Shown here piece after piece: positions 49,564 through 59,846 of a stretch of 64,000 nt of DNA. Source of the DNA: an uncultured virus (IMG/VR IMGVR_UViG_3300021429_004282) (lineage: Duplodnaviria; Heunggongvirae; Uroviricota; Caudoviricetes); the IMG/VR virus record IMGVR_UViG_3300021429_004282. One strand, written 5' to 3'. Positions within the stretch are counted from its first letter, which is position 1, and every line of letters begins with the position of its first letter. The notes below the pieces were generated by a model. The model was not told the origin of the DNA. It did not search any database and saw nothing but the letters and a program-made list of their open reading frames with translations. Both the position numbers and the translations under genes were made by a program.

Positions 49564-51195
49564 TTAACATTTACCACGGTAAACAGTAGATCTGCAAGAA
49601 TTAGAGTAGCGTATATTACAATTTTTTTCAACAGTTATGCTTGGTTTTGGTGTATTATTTGTACAACTACCATAAGTGCAACATCCAGTATTATTTTTAG
49701 GTTTGTACGGTTTATTATACTCTGGATTTCCGGGGAACAAATAATTTGGCATATAGCAGTCACATTGAAACATTCTGCGCTGCAAAGTATTGTTTTCATC
49801 TTTATACCACATCGAAACTTCATCTTTTCCAAATAACTTTTGATTAAAGATGTATTCTAAAAGCAATTTTGCAGCTTTTTTTGCTTCTGATAATGGTTCA
49901 GAAATGCTTTGCATAGAAAATGAATCTTTTATATACATGTCATCGACTGCCAAGACAATTTTCATTCCTGCAAGTTCATGATCAAATGACATAGCTGTGG
50001 CTTCGTCAGAAAACAACTCCTCACAAGTTGCCACAGCATGAAATTTTTCAACTATGGTGTTAAAGTCTATTATAGTTTCAGTTTTTTCCTTATTTTCAGG
50101 AATTTCTTCACTGTTCAACATCATTTTGACAGAATTGATATTTCTTTCTGCAAATATTTTTTCCAAGACATCCTTATGTTTAGAGCCTAATTTTAGATCT
50201 TCTTGTAACCATGCCATGCAAAATGAGTAATAAAAATTAGAAGTACATGGAGCTATTACACATGCTTTGTAAAATGTTTGTTTGCAATAATCTCTAGCTT
50301 CAATTAGAGCTTCTTTGTTTCTGCCCAATTTTTCATAGATGCTGCAAAGCACATCATAAAAAATACCAGTCATAATTTTAGAAAAACTATGTGGTTCACG
50401 ACATATGACATTGTCATCATTACTTTCTGCTGGAAGTTCAGATGGATTAACATATTTGTAATTATTTACAGCTTCACGCAGGGAGAAAGCTCTGCCCAAA
50501 GCTACACCAAATTCTTCGGCAACTCTGCTTACTATGTTTGATTTTCTCAAATCTCCATCTGTTTGCTGTAGCAGGTAATCAACAAGTTGATTGTGATGCA
50601 AAGCGCAAAGAATTGAATTTATATCTCCAAATGATTCATGAAAAGCCCAAGCCTCCATTGCTGCTGCACTAAACAAGTCTGGTCTTATAGCATCCAAGAG
50701 AGCATGGCCAAGCTCATGAGAAACTACATCAGCGGATAATGCTGTGAATATTTTTTTGCCATCTTTGGTAAAATAAAAGAACTTGAGATTCCTGCGATCA
50801 TAGTAAGCATTTGCTTCATATCCGGCCATAGGATTTACTTTAAGAATATCAACTATAGCCCATTTTTTAAGACCAAACATAGAATTAAACATATTAATTC
50901 CATGACAAAGCACAGCATAAGTATTATTGGCCAATCCTTGAGGAGAAGTAAAATCATAATTACCATCCTGCAAGTTACTGACATTTATTTGGAGTCCAAA
51001 TGGAATTGAATCGACGACTTCAGCAATAAGATTAGGGTGTGTAGGGTCGTTTAGATAGTATTTCATTTTCTTACCTTTATTTGCTGGAGGAATTGGTCTT
51101 GGTGGATATTTGCCAGTTGGAACTCTAGGCTTCCTGTAAAAAATCATGCCTAAAAAATTTTTGGCATATTCTGTAACTTTATTGCAAAAAAACAT
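49564..51195 (-). CDS. Zinc metallopeptidase (M4/M36 gluzincin-like)
   Basis: NAYY, DVVSHELGH, AFHESFGD, EPH; AAGGAGGT SD. Confidence 0.88.
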   Translation of the reverse strand: MFFCNKVTEYAKNFLGMIFYRKPRVPTGKYPPRPIPPANKGKKMKYYLNDPTHPNLIAEVVDSIPFGLQINVSNLQDGNYDFTSPQGLANNTYAVLCHGINMFNSMFGLKKWAIVDILKVNPMAGYEANAYYDRRNLKFFYFTKDGKKIFTALSADVVSHELGHALLDAIRPDLFSAAAMEAWAFHESFGDINSILCALHHNQLVDYLLQQTDGDLRKSNIVSRVAEEFGVALGRAFSLREAVNNYKYVNPSELPAESNDDNVICREPHSFSKIMTGIFYDVLCSIYEKLGRNKEALIEARDYCKQTFYKACVIAPCTSNFYYSFCMAWLQEDLKLGSKHKDVLEKIFAERNINSVKMMLNSEEIPENKEKTETIIDFNTIVEKFHAVATCEELFSDEATAMSFDHELAGMKIVLAVDDMYIKDSFSMQSISEPLSEAKKAAKLLLEYIFNQKLFGKDEVSMWYKDENNTLQRRMFQCDCYMPNYLFPGNPEYNKPYKPKNNTGCCTYGSCTNNTPKPSITVEKNCNIRYSNSCRSTVYRGKC

Positions 51196-51218
51196 AAACC
51201 ACCTCCTTATCTTATAAT

Positions 51219-51737
51219 ATGGAATTTGAAGAAAGAATTCGTGAACAAAGAACTACAGAAGCTATAAAAAAAAACCTAATGGGTCAAGAAGGTAAAATTT
51301 ATCTTATATCTAAGCTCTTGGGTCATGAAATAGTTAAAGAAAATACATTACCTGAATATTTAGACTTTGATGAAATTTATAATGACAATCCAGAAGAAAT
51401 GCCTACCTACGCTGATGATGTAACATCAACAAGAATAGGACACTTTTTCGACGGCCTTAATTTGGGTTATCACATGGAAATTAAATTTTCTGAATACGAA
51501 TCATCAATTAAACTATATTACAAAGGATATCTTAAGTACCATGAAGAACAATCTATTCTAATGTCATACCATCCCGAAGAGGAGTGGGAAAAAGTTGTTG
51601 ATTTATTATCTGAAAGAGCAAGTCAAAAGCTCGAATCATTACGAGAAAAAAGAAAAGTTGATGAGCAAAAATCCTTTGCAACTATTAAGAATCAAGAGTT
51701 GCAAAGGATTCGAGACAAGTGGGGAAATATTATTTAA
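51219..51737 (+). CDS. Hypothetical protein
   Basis: 172 aa. Confidence 0.75.
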   Translation: MEFEERIREQRTTEAIKKNLMGQEGKIYLISKLLGHEIVKENTLPEYLDFDEIYNDNPEEMPTYADDVTSTRIGHFFDGLNLGYHMEIKFSEYESSIKLYYKGYLKYHEEQSILMSYHPEEEWEKVVDLLSERASQKLESLREKRKVDEQKSFATIKNQELQRIRDKWGNII

Positions 51738-51739
51738 AA

Positions 51740-52564
51740 TCATGGAGGAGTAATTAAATCCCCGGAAGCTAGAACATAAGGTATTTCTGTAACAGAAATC
51801 AAATCGCTTCCAGAATATTGATAATTTGTTTTCTTTGCTAAATCACCCGTAACTGCTCCAGCAGGATACTTTATTTCGGCTGTAATAACACCGCTTGTAT
51901 AAGTTCTCTTGTAGAACCAATAAGCATCATTCAGACCCTGTAGTAATTGCCAATCTTCTTTTGGATTGCTTGAATCAAATCCAGCAGCATCAATAAGACT
52001 TGCTTCGTAAGTATCTCCCGGATTCAGTTCCAAAACTCTGTCTGGTCCTAGACTTGGATAGGCAAAAAGATTGCTGATAGTATAACGATTAAAATAGCTT
52101 GGCAATTCACGGATAGGAGCATGTTTGTTGAATTGGATAATTTGCTCTGCACTAGTGTTTGAAACATAAGACCTAAAATCTCCTTTGCTACGCAAACCTT
52201 TTATTAATATCTTGTTGGGGCTGGCTGGCAGTCTAGTACTAGGATAAAGTATTGCAGTAAAAAGACTAGCAAAGTTAGCATTTCCATTTAGTATAGCTAC
52301 TACTTCGGCAGCTGTGGTTGCACTTGCTGTCGAACCAGCAACATTTATTGCAAGACTACTATAATTTTTGAATGCAGGATCATATGCATAGTTGATTGTT
52401 AAATTGGGCAAAGTGCTTAAATCAAAAGGTTCTGCATTGCCACTCAACATGTAGTCGCTGCGATTTGCATTCGCAGGCATTTTCCAAGTCATCTGATATT
52501 GTCTGTCTGCGCCAAAAAGAGTTGGCCTGAATTCAAAGTCAAAAACATTTTGAAAAAATGACAT
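51740..52564 (-). CDS. Hypothetical (likely structural) protein
   Basis: 274 aa; ATAAEVVAILN motif. Confidence 0.75.
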   Translation of the reverse strand: MSFFQNVFDFEFRPTLFGADRQYQMTWKMPANANRSDYMLSGNAEPFDLSTLPNLTINYAYDPAFKNYSSLAINVAGSTASATTAAEVVAILNGNANFASLFTAILYPSTRLPASPNKILIKGLRSKGDFRSYVSNTSAEQIIQFNKHAPIRELPSYFNRYTISNLFAYPSLGPDRVLELNPGDTYEASLIDAAGFDSSNPKEDWQLLQGLNDAYWFYKRTYTSGVITAEIKYPAGAVTGDLAKKTNYQYSGSDLISVTEIPYVLASGDLITPP

Positions 52565-52588
52565 AATATTACCTGCTTAAAATATAAA

Positions 52589-53071
52589 TTATGTATGCAC
52601 TTGCCAAGAGTTGTTGATACTTCGAAGAATCATTTTTAAGTTATCAACATCTTCTCTGCTCTTACCTAGTTGATCTTCATAAAAAATTTCCATCCATTCC
52701 TTGTCAGGACTTTGCAATAAATTTACATCTACACTTATCCTGTGTGCATAATTTGCAACAACTTCTTTTTCCATATTTAGTGCAAATTCCAGCAATTCCT
52801 TCAAATCATAACTTGCCAAAAAATCAGGCACAAATTCTAGATCGGTAGCCGCAACTAGATCTACATCTAATCCAAGTAAAGCGTCATGAAATTCCGACAC
52901 ATGCTGCATTTCATTTGCTGCTTCTTTCTTAAAATATTCACGATGCTCTTCTCTATACAGTCCTGAAACAGTTGCAGAAGCGGTCAAATAAAACATCATA
53001 TGTTTTTTTTCATTCTTTAAGTCTTGCAACATAAGGTTGACAAATTGGGCATAATCTTGATTCTTTAGCAT
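52589..53071 (-). CDS. Ferritin-like (bacterioferritin-type) protein
   Basis: DLKNE, EAANEMQH, MEKEVVANY, EDQL...D di-iron helical pattern. Confidence 0.8.
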   Translation of the reverse strand: MLKNQDYAQFVNLMLQDLKNEKKHMMFYLTASATVSGLYREEHREYFKKEAANEMQHVSEFHDALLGLDVDLVAATDLEFVPDFLASYDLKELLEFALNMEKEVVANYAHRISVDVNLLQSPDKEWMEIFYEDQLGKSREDVDNLKMILRSINNSWQVHT

Positions 53072-53118
53072 TTTGACCGCTCCTTATAACTATATAAATT
53101 ATAGTAAGGGGAGAATAG

Positions 53119-54912
53119 ATGACAAAAAAAAGCAAATGGAAATCCAAGTACAAAAGCCCTGCCGATTACTATAAGGCAAACTATGATACAGAATTTTATT
53201 TTTTTGATAAATATCAACTTGAGATTGATCCAGATGAAGCCATAGAAGATATCGAAAATTATGACATTTCAACACAACAAAAAGAAATAGTAAAATGTGT
53301 TGAAAGCTTTCCGTACTTTTGCCAAAAATATATAAAAATATTACATCCTACAAAAGGTCTAATACCATTCGTGCTTTTTAAATACCAAGCAAGATGCATA
53401 GTAGAATATGAAGAACATAGATTTAATATTATATCCAAGTTTAGACAAGGGGGTCTTACAACTGTTACATTGTTGTACGGCTTGTGGAAATGCATGTTTG
53501 AGTTAGATCGACAAATTATGACTTTATCTAAAACCGACCGTGAAGCAGTCGGCACCGGTATGATGGTTGATCGTGCTGTGGATTACATGCCTTTATGGTT
53601 AAAACCTAAAAAAGATGGAAAATGGAACGACCATCTTAAACAGTTTCCTGACACGGGCGGTGCTTTGCAGTTTTATTCCCCAGAAGCAGCCCGTGGTAAG
53701 TCTGTAACATTTCTTATTATTGACGAAGCAGCGTTTATTCCAGATATGGAATCGCATTGGAAAGCTATGTGGCCTGTTTTGTCAACCGGTGGTAGTTGCG
53801 TTCTTGTTTCAACGGTTAATGGCCTTGGTAACTGGTACGAAGAGACATATACAAATGCCAAAGAAGGAAAAAACAAGTTTCATGTAATTGACTTGGATTA
53901 TTGGGAACACCCAGACTATAACCAAAAAAACAATCCCAAATGGGCAGACGAACAAAGGGCACAGCTTGGAGGAAGAGGTTTTCTTCAGGAAGTTCTAAGG
54001 TCTTTTTTAGGCTCTGGTGAAACATTTGTCCCAGCCAAAATTATTGCAGAATTAGACCAAGAATTGAAGAATGTACAGCCACATAAAAAACTTTTTGTAA
54101 AATACGCCAACAAAGATAATTCTTCAGAAGAAGATGTTAATGACCATAACAAGGGAGCTTTATGGATATGGAAGGAACCCAAAGAAGGAAATGAATATAT
54201 TATTTCTGTTGATAGCGCTGAAGGAGTTGGTTCTGATGGAGACAATTCCTGCGTTCAAATAATAAATACAATAACTTTAGAACAATGCGCAGAGCTTTAC
54301 AGCAATACGGTTTCCCCGCACGATTTATCAAAAATAGTGCACGAGCTAGGACTTTTATATAATAACGCAACTATAGTAGTCGAAGATATGGCAACGGGTG
54401 GTATAATATTAAACACTTTGCAACACGATCTTTACTACGACAATGTATATTTTTCATCAAAAAATGGCAGAAGTCCTAAGCCCGGAATAAAAATTACTAC
54501 CGCAAACAGACCTATCATATTACAAGAATTCCAATCAAGGCTTTTAAACAAAAGTTTGAAAGTAAGAAGCAGAAGGCTTCTTCGTGAAATGAAAACATTT
54601 GAATACAATCCTGCAACTAAAAAAGCTGAAGCCGCTAAGGGAAAACACGATGATGCAATTATGTCTCTGGCTATTGCCCTCCATGTTAGAAATGAAATAA
54701 TGCGAGACAACCCCTTGGGCGCTCCAAGCAACGGTTCAGGAACCAAAGTTGATGGTTTAGAAGATATTAGAAATGAATTGAAAAATGGACTAGATAATTA
54801 CATTAAGGATTTTATCGTTGAACAAGAAAAAAGTCCCGAAGACTACGAACAAGAGCTTTTATTGAGCATGTATAGAAAAAACGATAAAATATTAAAAGAA
54901 TTTGGTTGGTAA
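53119..54912 (+). CDS. terL: Terminase large subunit (T4 gp17-like)
   Basis: FxLFKYQ, KFRQGGLTT, LIIDEAAF, VSTVNG, ISVDSAEG, HDDAIMS. Confidence 0.95.
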   Translation: MTKKSKWKSKYKSPADYYKANYDTEFYFFDKYQLEIDPDEAIEDIENYDISTQQKEIVKCVESFPYFCQKYIKILHPTKGLIPFVLFKYQARCIVEYEEHRFNIISKFRQGGLTTVTLLYGLWKCMFELDRQIMTLSKTDREAVGTGMMVDRAVDYMPLWLKPKKDGKWNDHLKQFPDTGGALQFYSPEAARGKSVTFLIIDEAAFIPDMESHWKAMWPVLSTGGSCVLVSTVNGLGNWYEETYTNAKEGKNKFHVIDLDYWEHPDYNQKNNPKWADEQRAQLGGRGFLQEVLRSFLGSGETFVPAKIIAELDQELKNVQPHKKLFVKYANKDNSSEEDVNDHNKGALWIWKEPKEGNEYIISVDSAEGVGSDGDNSCVQIINTITLEQCAELYSNTVSPHDLSKIVHELGLLYNNATIVVEDMATGGIILNTLQHDLYYDNVYFSSKNGRSPKPGIKITTANRPIILQEFQSRLLNKSLKVRSRRLLREMKTFEYNPATKKAEAAKGKHDDAIMSLAIALHVRNEIMRDNPLGAPSNGSGTKVDGLEDIRNELKNGLDNYIKDFIVEQEKSPEDYEQELLLSMYRKNDKILKEFGW

Positions 54913-54929
54913 TTTTTAAAAGGTCAAAA

Positions 54930-55724
54930 ATGTATCAGACAATCAAAAAAATCAAAAAAAGCGACATAAGCATTAAAATGGTTGAATATAAAAATGCTTT
55001 GGAAAAGTCTTTATACGATTGTGATTGGATAAAAAATTTATATAAAGACAAAACAAATTTATTGCAATTTCTAGAACAATATGGCATAGTGAATATAAAG
55101 GCTGCTGTAAAATTTCTTGAAACTGGTAGTTTACAATATATTTTTGAAGCACAAGGTAAAAATATACTGAACGAAGAAGTTGTTAAAATTTTTTTTGAAG
55201 CTGGTAAATCCGAACAGAACTGCATGCTTGTAGATTTTGTCTACCAACGCACTTTGTATAATGCCAAAATAACGGCTTGTCTAATAAACGAATATGCGGA
55301 ATATAAAAGAAAATTTCAAAAAACAGAAATTTCTCCTTTTCCAAAAACCATTGATGAAACTTGGTCTGGAATTAATACATTCAAAATAAATCAAGATGTT
55401 GCCACATTAACAAAAAACACATTGTATTTTGAATCAACATGTGAATTCAAAGAATTTTTTGATGAAAGGAAAAAGAAAAAACATCTTAAAAAATTGTTTG
55501 TTCCAGAAAACCTAATAACTACCCAGCAATTCCAAACAATAAAAAGAAGTCTTTTGCAATTCAAAGAATTTGAAATTCCATCAAACTATGTTAAAATAAA
55601 TAAAGATATATCAGATTATCAAATAACATACTATGGAAATCAAACAGTCAGAAATGACAACTATGAATTTACACTTAATGGTGATAATATCAAGGTATTA
55701 CATATAAACAAGGTGACATTATGA
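54930..55724 (+). CDS. Hypothetical protein
   Basis: ATG 54930 after AAGG. Confidence 0.6.
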   Translation: MYQTIKKIKKSDISIKMVEYKNALEKSLYDCDWIKNLYKDKTNLLQFLEQYGIVNIKAAVKFLETGSLQYIFEAQGKNILNEEVVKIFFEAGKSEQNCMLVDFVYQRTLYNAKITACLINEYAEYKRKFQKTEISPFPKTIDETWSGINTFKINQDVATLTKNTLYFESTCEFKEFFDERKKKKHLKKLFVPENLITTQQFQTIKRSLLQFKEFEIPSNYVKINKDISDYQITYYGNQTVRNDNYEFTLNGDNIKVLHINKVTL

Positions 55725-56032
55725 ATCACAGCGAGAAAAAACTTGTAGAAATTAAAGAAAAATTACAACATATTTACAATACTTTGCCAAATCAAATGAT
55801 TCTAGATGGAACTAGAATGCACATTAAAAATGCTATAAATTCTATTTCTTTAGTTGAAAACAAAAGAAATAAAAGACAAGAAAACTTCACGCAAAATCAA
55901 AACATGCTGATGTTTACATCATATGACAATGCCAAAACAGCCTTAAATATTTTGGATAAAATGCTCGACCAAGAAAAACAAAACTTGGAACAAGCATCTA
56001 AATCTACAACTACAGAATTATTAAATGGCTAA
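55721..56032 (+). CDS. Hypothetical helical protein
   Basis: 103 aa; AAGGTG SD. Confidence 0.7.
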   Translation: MNHSEKKLVEIKEKLQHIYNTLPNQMILDGTRMHIKNAINSISLVENKRNKRQENFTQNQNMLMFTSYDNAKTALNILDKMLDQEKQNLEQASKSTTTELLNG

Positions 56033-56093
56033 AATTATGAGTTGCTCATAAATAACTACTTTATTGAATATCTGAAAGCTTGAAGAGGAACAC

Positions 56094-59000
56094 ATGCCAA
56101 CGCCACTATGGGCCGACTTTTTTAAAACTTATAGCTTTGCTTTTACTGGTGATCCACTAGACAAAACCCTAAATACCAAAAATGTTGTAGGTGCTGGTAT
56201 TTCGTCTCCAGATTCTATTCCTTCAATGTCACCAGATGGTAGTTTTTATGGTGGCGCTGATTCCAGAATGGTCAGGCTGCGGGAAACGAACGACTTTATA
56301 GATCTTTCCACAGTTAGTAATAGACAGTCTAGGTACAAAGAATACGAAAGACTCAGAAGTGTTCCTGAAATAGAACTTGCCCTAAATGTTTTTGCAGACG
56401 AAGCATGCGTTGCCGGACCTACAAAAGTAGCCACTCCTTTTGGCATGATCTCTATCTCTGATTTGGCCAGAACGCATAAAGATGAAAAATTCTTGGTTTA
56501 TTGTTATGATTTTGAAAAGAAAGACTACACTCTTGGCTGGGCACACTCACCAAGAAGGACTAAAAGCGACTGGACGCAAGTACTGATTTTTGATGATGGA
56601 TCAAAACTTGAGAGCACAAGAGACCACCGTGTTTTGATGCGAAATGGAGAATGGAAACAAGCAAAAGATGTAAATATCGATGATGAATGCATGCCTTTCT
56701 ACAGAAGACCTGCAGTATCCAGACTAACTAAAAATACAACAAAACAATATCCTAGAGTATGGACATTTCAAAAAGGATGGATACACGAAAGACAATTTGT
56801 TGATGAATGGAGAACCAACAAGGTATCTCCAAAATTGGAAAAGATCAATTATTATTGCAGGCTAATTTCTTCTGGCCTGAGTATGAAACAAATTATTGCC
56901 CAAATTGGCTCTCATTGGAGAGTTATGAAGTATAGGCTAAACACAGAAGGATTTTCTTTCAAAGAAATCAAATATCATTCCAGAAATCATAGTGACAAAA
57001 GAATTGTTGTTGGCAAACTGGATGGCCGATATCGTGATGTGTATGACCTAACTGTTGAAAAACACCACAATTTTTGCACTGATTCAACAATCGTTCATAA
57101 CTGTCAAAAAGATGATAATGGAAACACATTCAAAATTGATTGCAAAAACGACGAAGTAAGAGAAGAACTAAACTTTTTGTTTTTCCACCGATCCATGCTA
57201 AACATGAATCGAAGATCTTGGGCCGATTTCAAAAGTTTATTACTCTATGGAGATCTTTTTTACGAATTAGTTCTCAACCTTGATAACCCTGATGATGGTA
57301 TTTTGAAATGTGTTAGACTGCCTGCAGACTCCATGTACAGAATAGAAACAACTAAGGGCAAAGTTGTTGAATTCCAGCAGTCCAAGGAAGGCCCAGACTA
57401 CCAGAGCTTAACCAGAGCACCAGTGGTTCAATCTACAGATCAGGAAATTATGATGGCTACAGCCATCAGGTTTGCTCCAGAACAAATAATTCACATGAGA
57501 ATTGGTGATGATCGCAAAACATTCTATCCATATGGCGTTTCTATGGTCGAAGCAGCTAGAGGACCAGCACATCAACTGAGACTGATGGAAGATGCTATGT
57601 TGGTTTATCGTCTTTGCCTAGACGGCTCAACAAGAATCAGGACAAATGACGGCTACAAATACATATCTGACATTAAAACTGGAGATAGAGTTTTCAGTTA
57701 CAGTCATGGAAATGTTTTTGAAAATATTGTAACCGATACGATGCATCATCAACCCAAAGAAATCTGGGAAGCTAAATCAAGACATTTTTCAATAAAAGGT
57801 ACTCCCGATCATAGAATCTTGGTTCTACGAGATGGAATTGAACAGTATGTTGAAATTAAAGATTTAAAAATCAAATCTGATAAGTTTATCTCCACTTCGC
57901 ATGAGTCAAGTATTCTGAAGAAAATAGAAAATATATTTGGACAGCCTTGGGCAAAATTGTCTCTGCAACAACGAGTTTTATTCAGACAAACAAAATACAC
58001 AAACATTAGTGAGAAACTAAGAAAATTCAATGATCCAGAGCGTGTAAAACAATTCCTTTACACTGAAGGAAAAGCACTTCCTATTGAAATTGCAAAAGAA
58101 ATTATTGTTGAATTCAACCTTAATTCTGAACCCTTGGTAATCCTAAACAAGGGTGAAAACAATTCTGAGAGACTTAATCTGCCTGAATATGTTACCCCAG
58201 AATTCGCAAGATTGTTTGGATTTATATACGGTGACGGAAATGTCCATAAGCACGGTATTAACTTTACAGCCGGTACCGATAAGTCAGTAAATGAATTTTA
58301 TAACAATTTACTGATTAAGTTCTTTGGGAAAAGTCGATTTTCTCCAGATAAAATATCTAAAGCCGGTGTTGGCAAATATGAAGTAAGTTCAATCACTGTT
58401 TCAAAGATATTTAAGTCTTTGGGATACGATGGAAAACATAGCAATATCAGAATTCCATCTTGGATATTTAATGCTAGCCAAGAAATAAGAAAAGAATTTA
58501 TTCTTGGTCTATGTGACGCAGATGGAACCATTAGACACACCAACAAAGGAACATGGTTTTGCACTTTGGAACTTTGTAATAAAAACTTAATAGAGGATAT
58601 TAAGGAACTTTGGCAATCTGTTGGTTTATCCTCTGGCAAATTGACGCAAAGAACAAAAAAATCTCACAAAATGGGCTGTGGTCGTCAGATTAAGGAAACT
58701 ACTGGCTACCTTGTAACTTTAACACAATTGCCACTTGAAAAATACGAAAATGTTCTTTCAGTTGCTAAAGTTGGAGAAGACTTTGTATACGATATTAGCG
58801 TCGATGGAAATGTTCAAAACTTTATAGCCAATGGCATGCCCGTCCATAATAGCCGTGCACCTGAAAGAAGAGTTTTCTACATCGATGTTGGACAACTGCC
58901 TTCTTTCAAAGCTGAAGCTTTTATTGAAAAAATGAAAGATCAATTCAGGAAAAAGAAAGTAGCAACCAACAGATCGGGCATGCAAGGTCCAAATTCTGTT

Positions 59001-59846
59001 GAAGAACGATACCACGCCCCGGCTGTTGATGAAGATTATTGGATTCCAACAAGACCAAATAGTACCACTAAAATTGAAACACTTCCCGGAGCACAAAACC
59101 TTGGGGAAATTGATGATGCTGTCTATTTCAGAAACCGCTTGTTCACAGCGATGCAGTTTCCAAAAAACTACTTCAATGTTGAAGATGCATCCGTAACAAA
59201 AATCACTCTTTCTGCGCAGGATGTTAGAGTTGCAAGGCTTGTCGAAAGGCTTCAAGCACCTTTTGAAGACGGTATGTGGGAAATAGCTGATAGACACCTT
59301 AAATTGCGTGGATTCCCACCTGAAACTTATAATGATATGAAAATAAAAATGACTCCACCATCTGAATGGAGAGAATTAAGCAGGGCAGAAATAGTAAATG
59401 CCAGAATACAGGCTGCAAGCAGCCTGAAAACAGGAAAACTTCTGTCTGATTATGACATTCTTAATAAGTGGATGGGTTATTCTGAAAACGAAACTAAGGT
59501 CCTAATTGCTCGACTAAAAATGCAGTCTATCGAAGAAGCAAAACTACTAGTTATTGCACAAAATCCAGCACTTCTAGGTGTTGGCATTCCAGCAGATGAC
59601 TCTGAAAAAGACAAGCCAGAAATCGGTACTACTCCAGAAGGACCATCTACAGAATTGGCTCCTGAAGGAGAAGGCCAAACACAACCAGCCGCATTACCAG
59701 CAACAGCACCAGAGCAACCAGCAGCATCTAATGCTCCTCCTTTGGCACAACCCGAAGAAGAAGATATTGAAAAATATGATATGAGAATACAAACATATTC
59801 TAATGATCAAGATGTTGAACCACTTGATAATTATGAATACGAATAA
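56094..59846 (+). CDS. Portal protein (T4 gp20-like) with two inteins; spliced product 606 aa
   Basis: PEIELAL..FADEA, LRLMEDAMLVYRL|SRAPERRVFYIDVGQLP, EDYWIP, IETLPGAQNLGEIDD. Confidence 0.95.
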   Translation: MPTPLWADFFKTYSFAFTGDPLDKTLNTKNVVGAGISSPDSIPSMSPDGSFYGGADSRMVRLRETNDFIDLSTVSNRQSRYKEYERLRSVPEIELALNVFADEACVAGPTKVATPFGMISISDLARTHKDEKFLVYCYDFEKKDYTLGWAHSPRRTKSDWTQVLIFDDGSKLESTRDHRVLMRNGEWKQAKDVNIDDECMPFYRRPAVSRLTKNTTKQYPRVWTFQKGWIHERQFVDEWRTNKVSPKLEKINYYCRLISSGLSMKQIIAQIGSHWRVMKYRLNTEGFSFKEIKYHSRNHSDKRIVVGKLDGRYRDVYDLTVEKHHNFCTDSTIVHNCQKDDNGNTFKIDCKNDEVREELNFLFFHRSMLNMNRRSWADFKSLLLYGDLFYELVLNLDNPDDGILKCVRLPADSMYRIETTKGKVVEFQQSKEGPDYQSLTRAPVVQSTDQEIMMATAIRFAPEQIIHMRIGDDRKTFYPYGVSMVEAARGPAHQLRLMEDAMLVYRLCLDGSTRIRTNDGYKYISDIKTGDRVFSYSHGNVFENIVTDTMHHQPKEIWEAKSRHFSIKGTPDHRILVLRDGIEQYVEIKDLKIKSDKFISTSHESSILKKIENIFGQPWAKLSLQQRVLFRQTKYTNISEKLRKFNDPERVKQFLYTEGKALPIEIAKEIIVEFNLNSEPLVILNKGENNSERLNLPEYVTPEFARLFGFIYGDGNVHKHGINFTAGTDKSVNEFYNNLLIKFFGKSRFSPDKISKAGVGKYEVSSITVSKIFKSLGYDGKHSNIRIPSWIFNASQEIRKEFILGLCDADGTIRHTNKGTWFCTLELCNKNLIEDIKELWQSVGLSSGKLTQRTKKSHKMGCGRQIKETTGYLVTLTQLPLEKYENVLSVAKVGEDFVYDISVDGNVQNFIANGMPVHNSRAPERRVFYIDVGQLPSFKAEAFIEKMKDQFRKKKVATNRSGMQGPNSVEERYHAPAVDEDYWIPTRPNSTTKIETLPGAQNLGEIDDAVYFRNRLFTAMQFPKNYFNVEDASVTKITLSAQDVRVARLVERLQAPFEDGMWEIADRHLKLRGFPPETYNDMKIKMTPPSEWRELSRAEIVNARIQAASSLKTGKLLSDYDILNKWMGYSENETKVLIARLKMQSIEEAKLLVIAQNPALLGVGIPADDSEKDKPEIGTTPEGPSTELAPEGEGQTQPAALPATAPEQPAASNAPPLAQPEEEDIEKYDMRIQTYSNDQDVEPLDNYEYE
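56406..57101 (+). mobile_element. Intein 1 (232 aa, no intact endonuclease recognised)
   Basis: A|CVAGPT...TRDHR...VYDLTV..HHNF...IVHN|C. Confidence 0.92.
57615..58850 (+). mobile_element. Intein 2 (412 aa) with LAGLIDADG homing endonuclease
   Basis: L|CLDGST...TPDHR...LFGFIYGDG...FILGLCDADG...VYDISV...PVHN|S. Confidence 0.95.
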
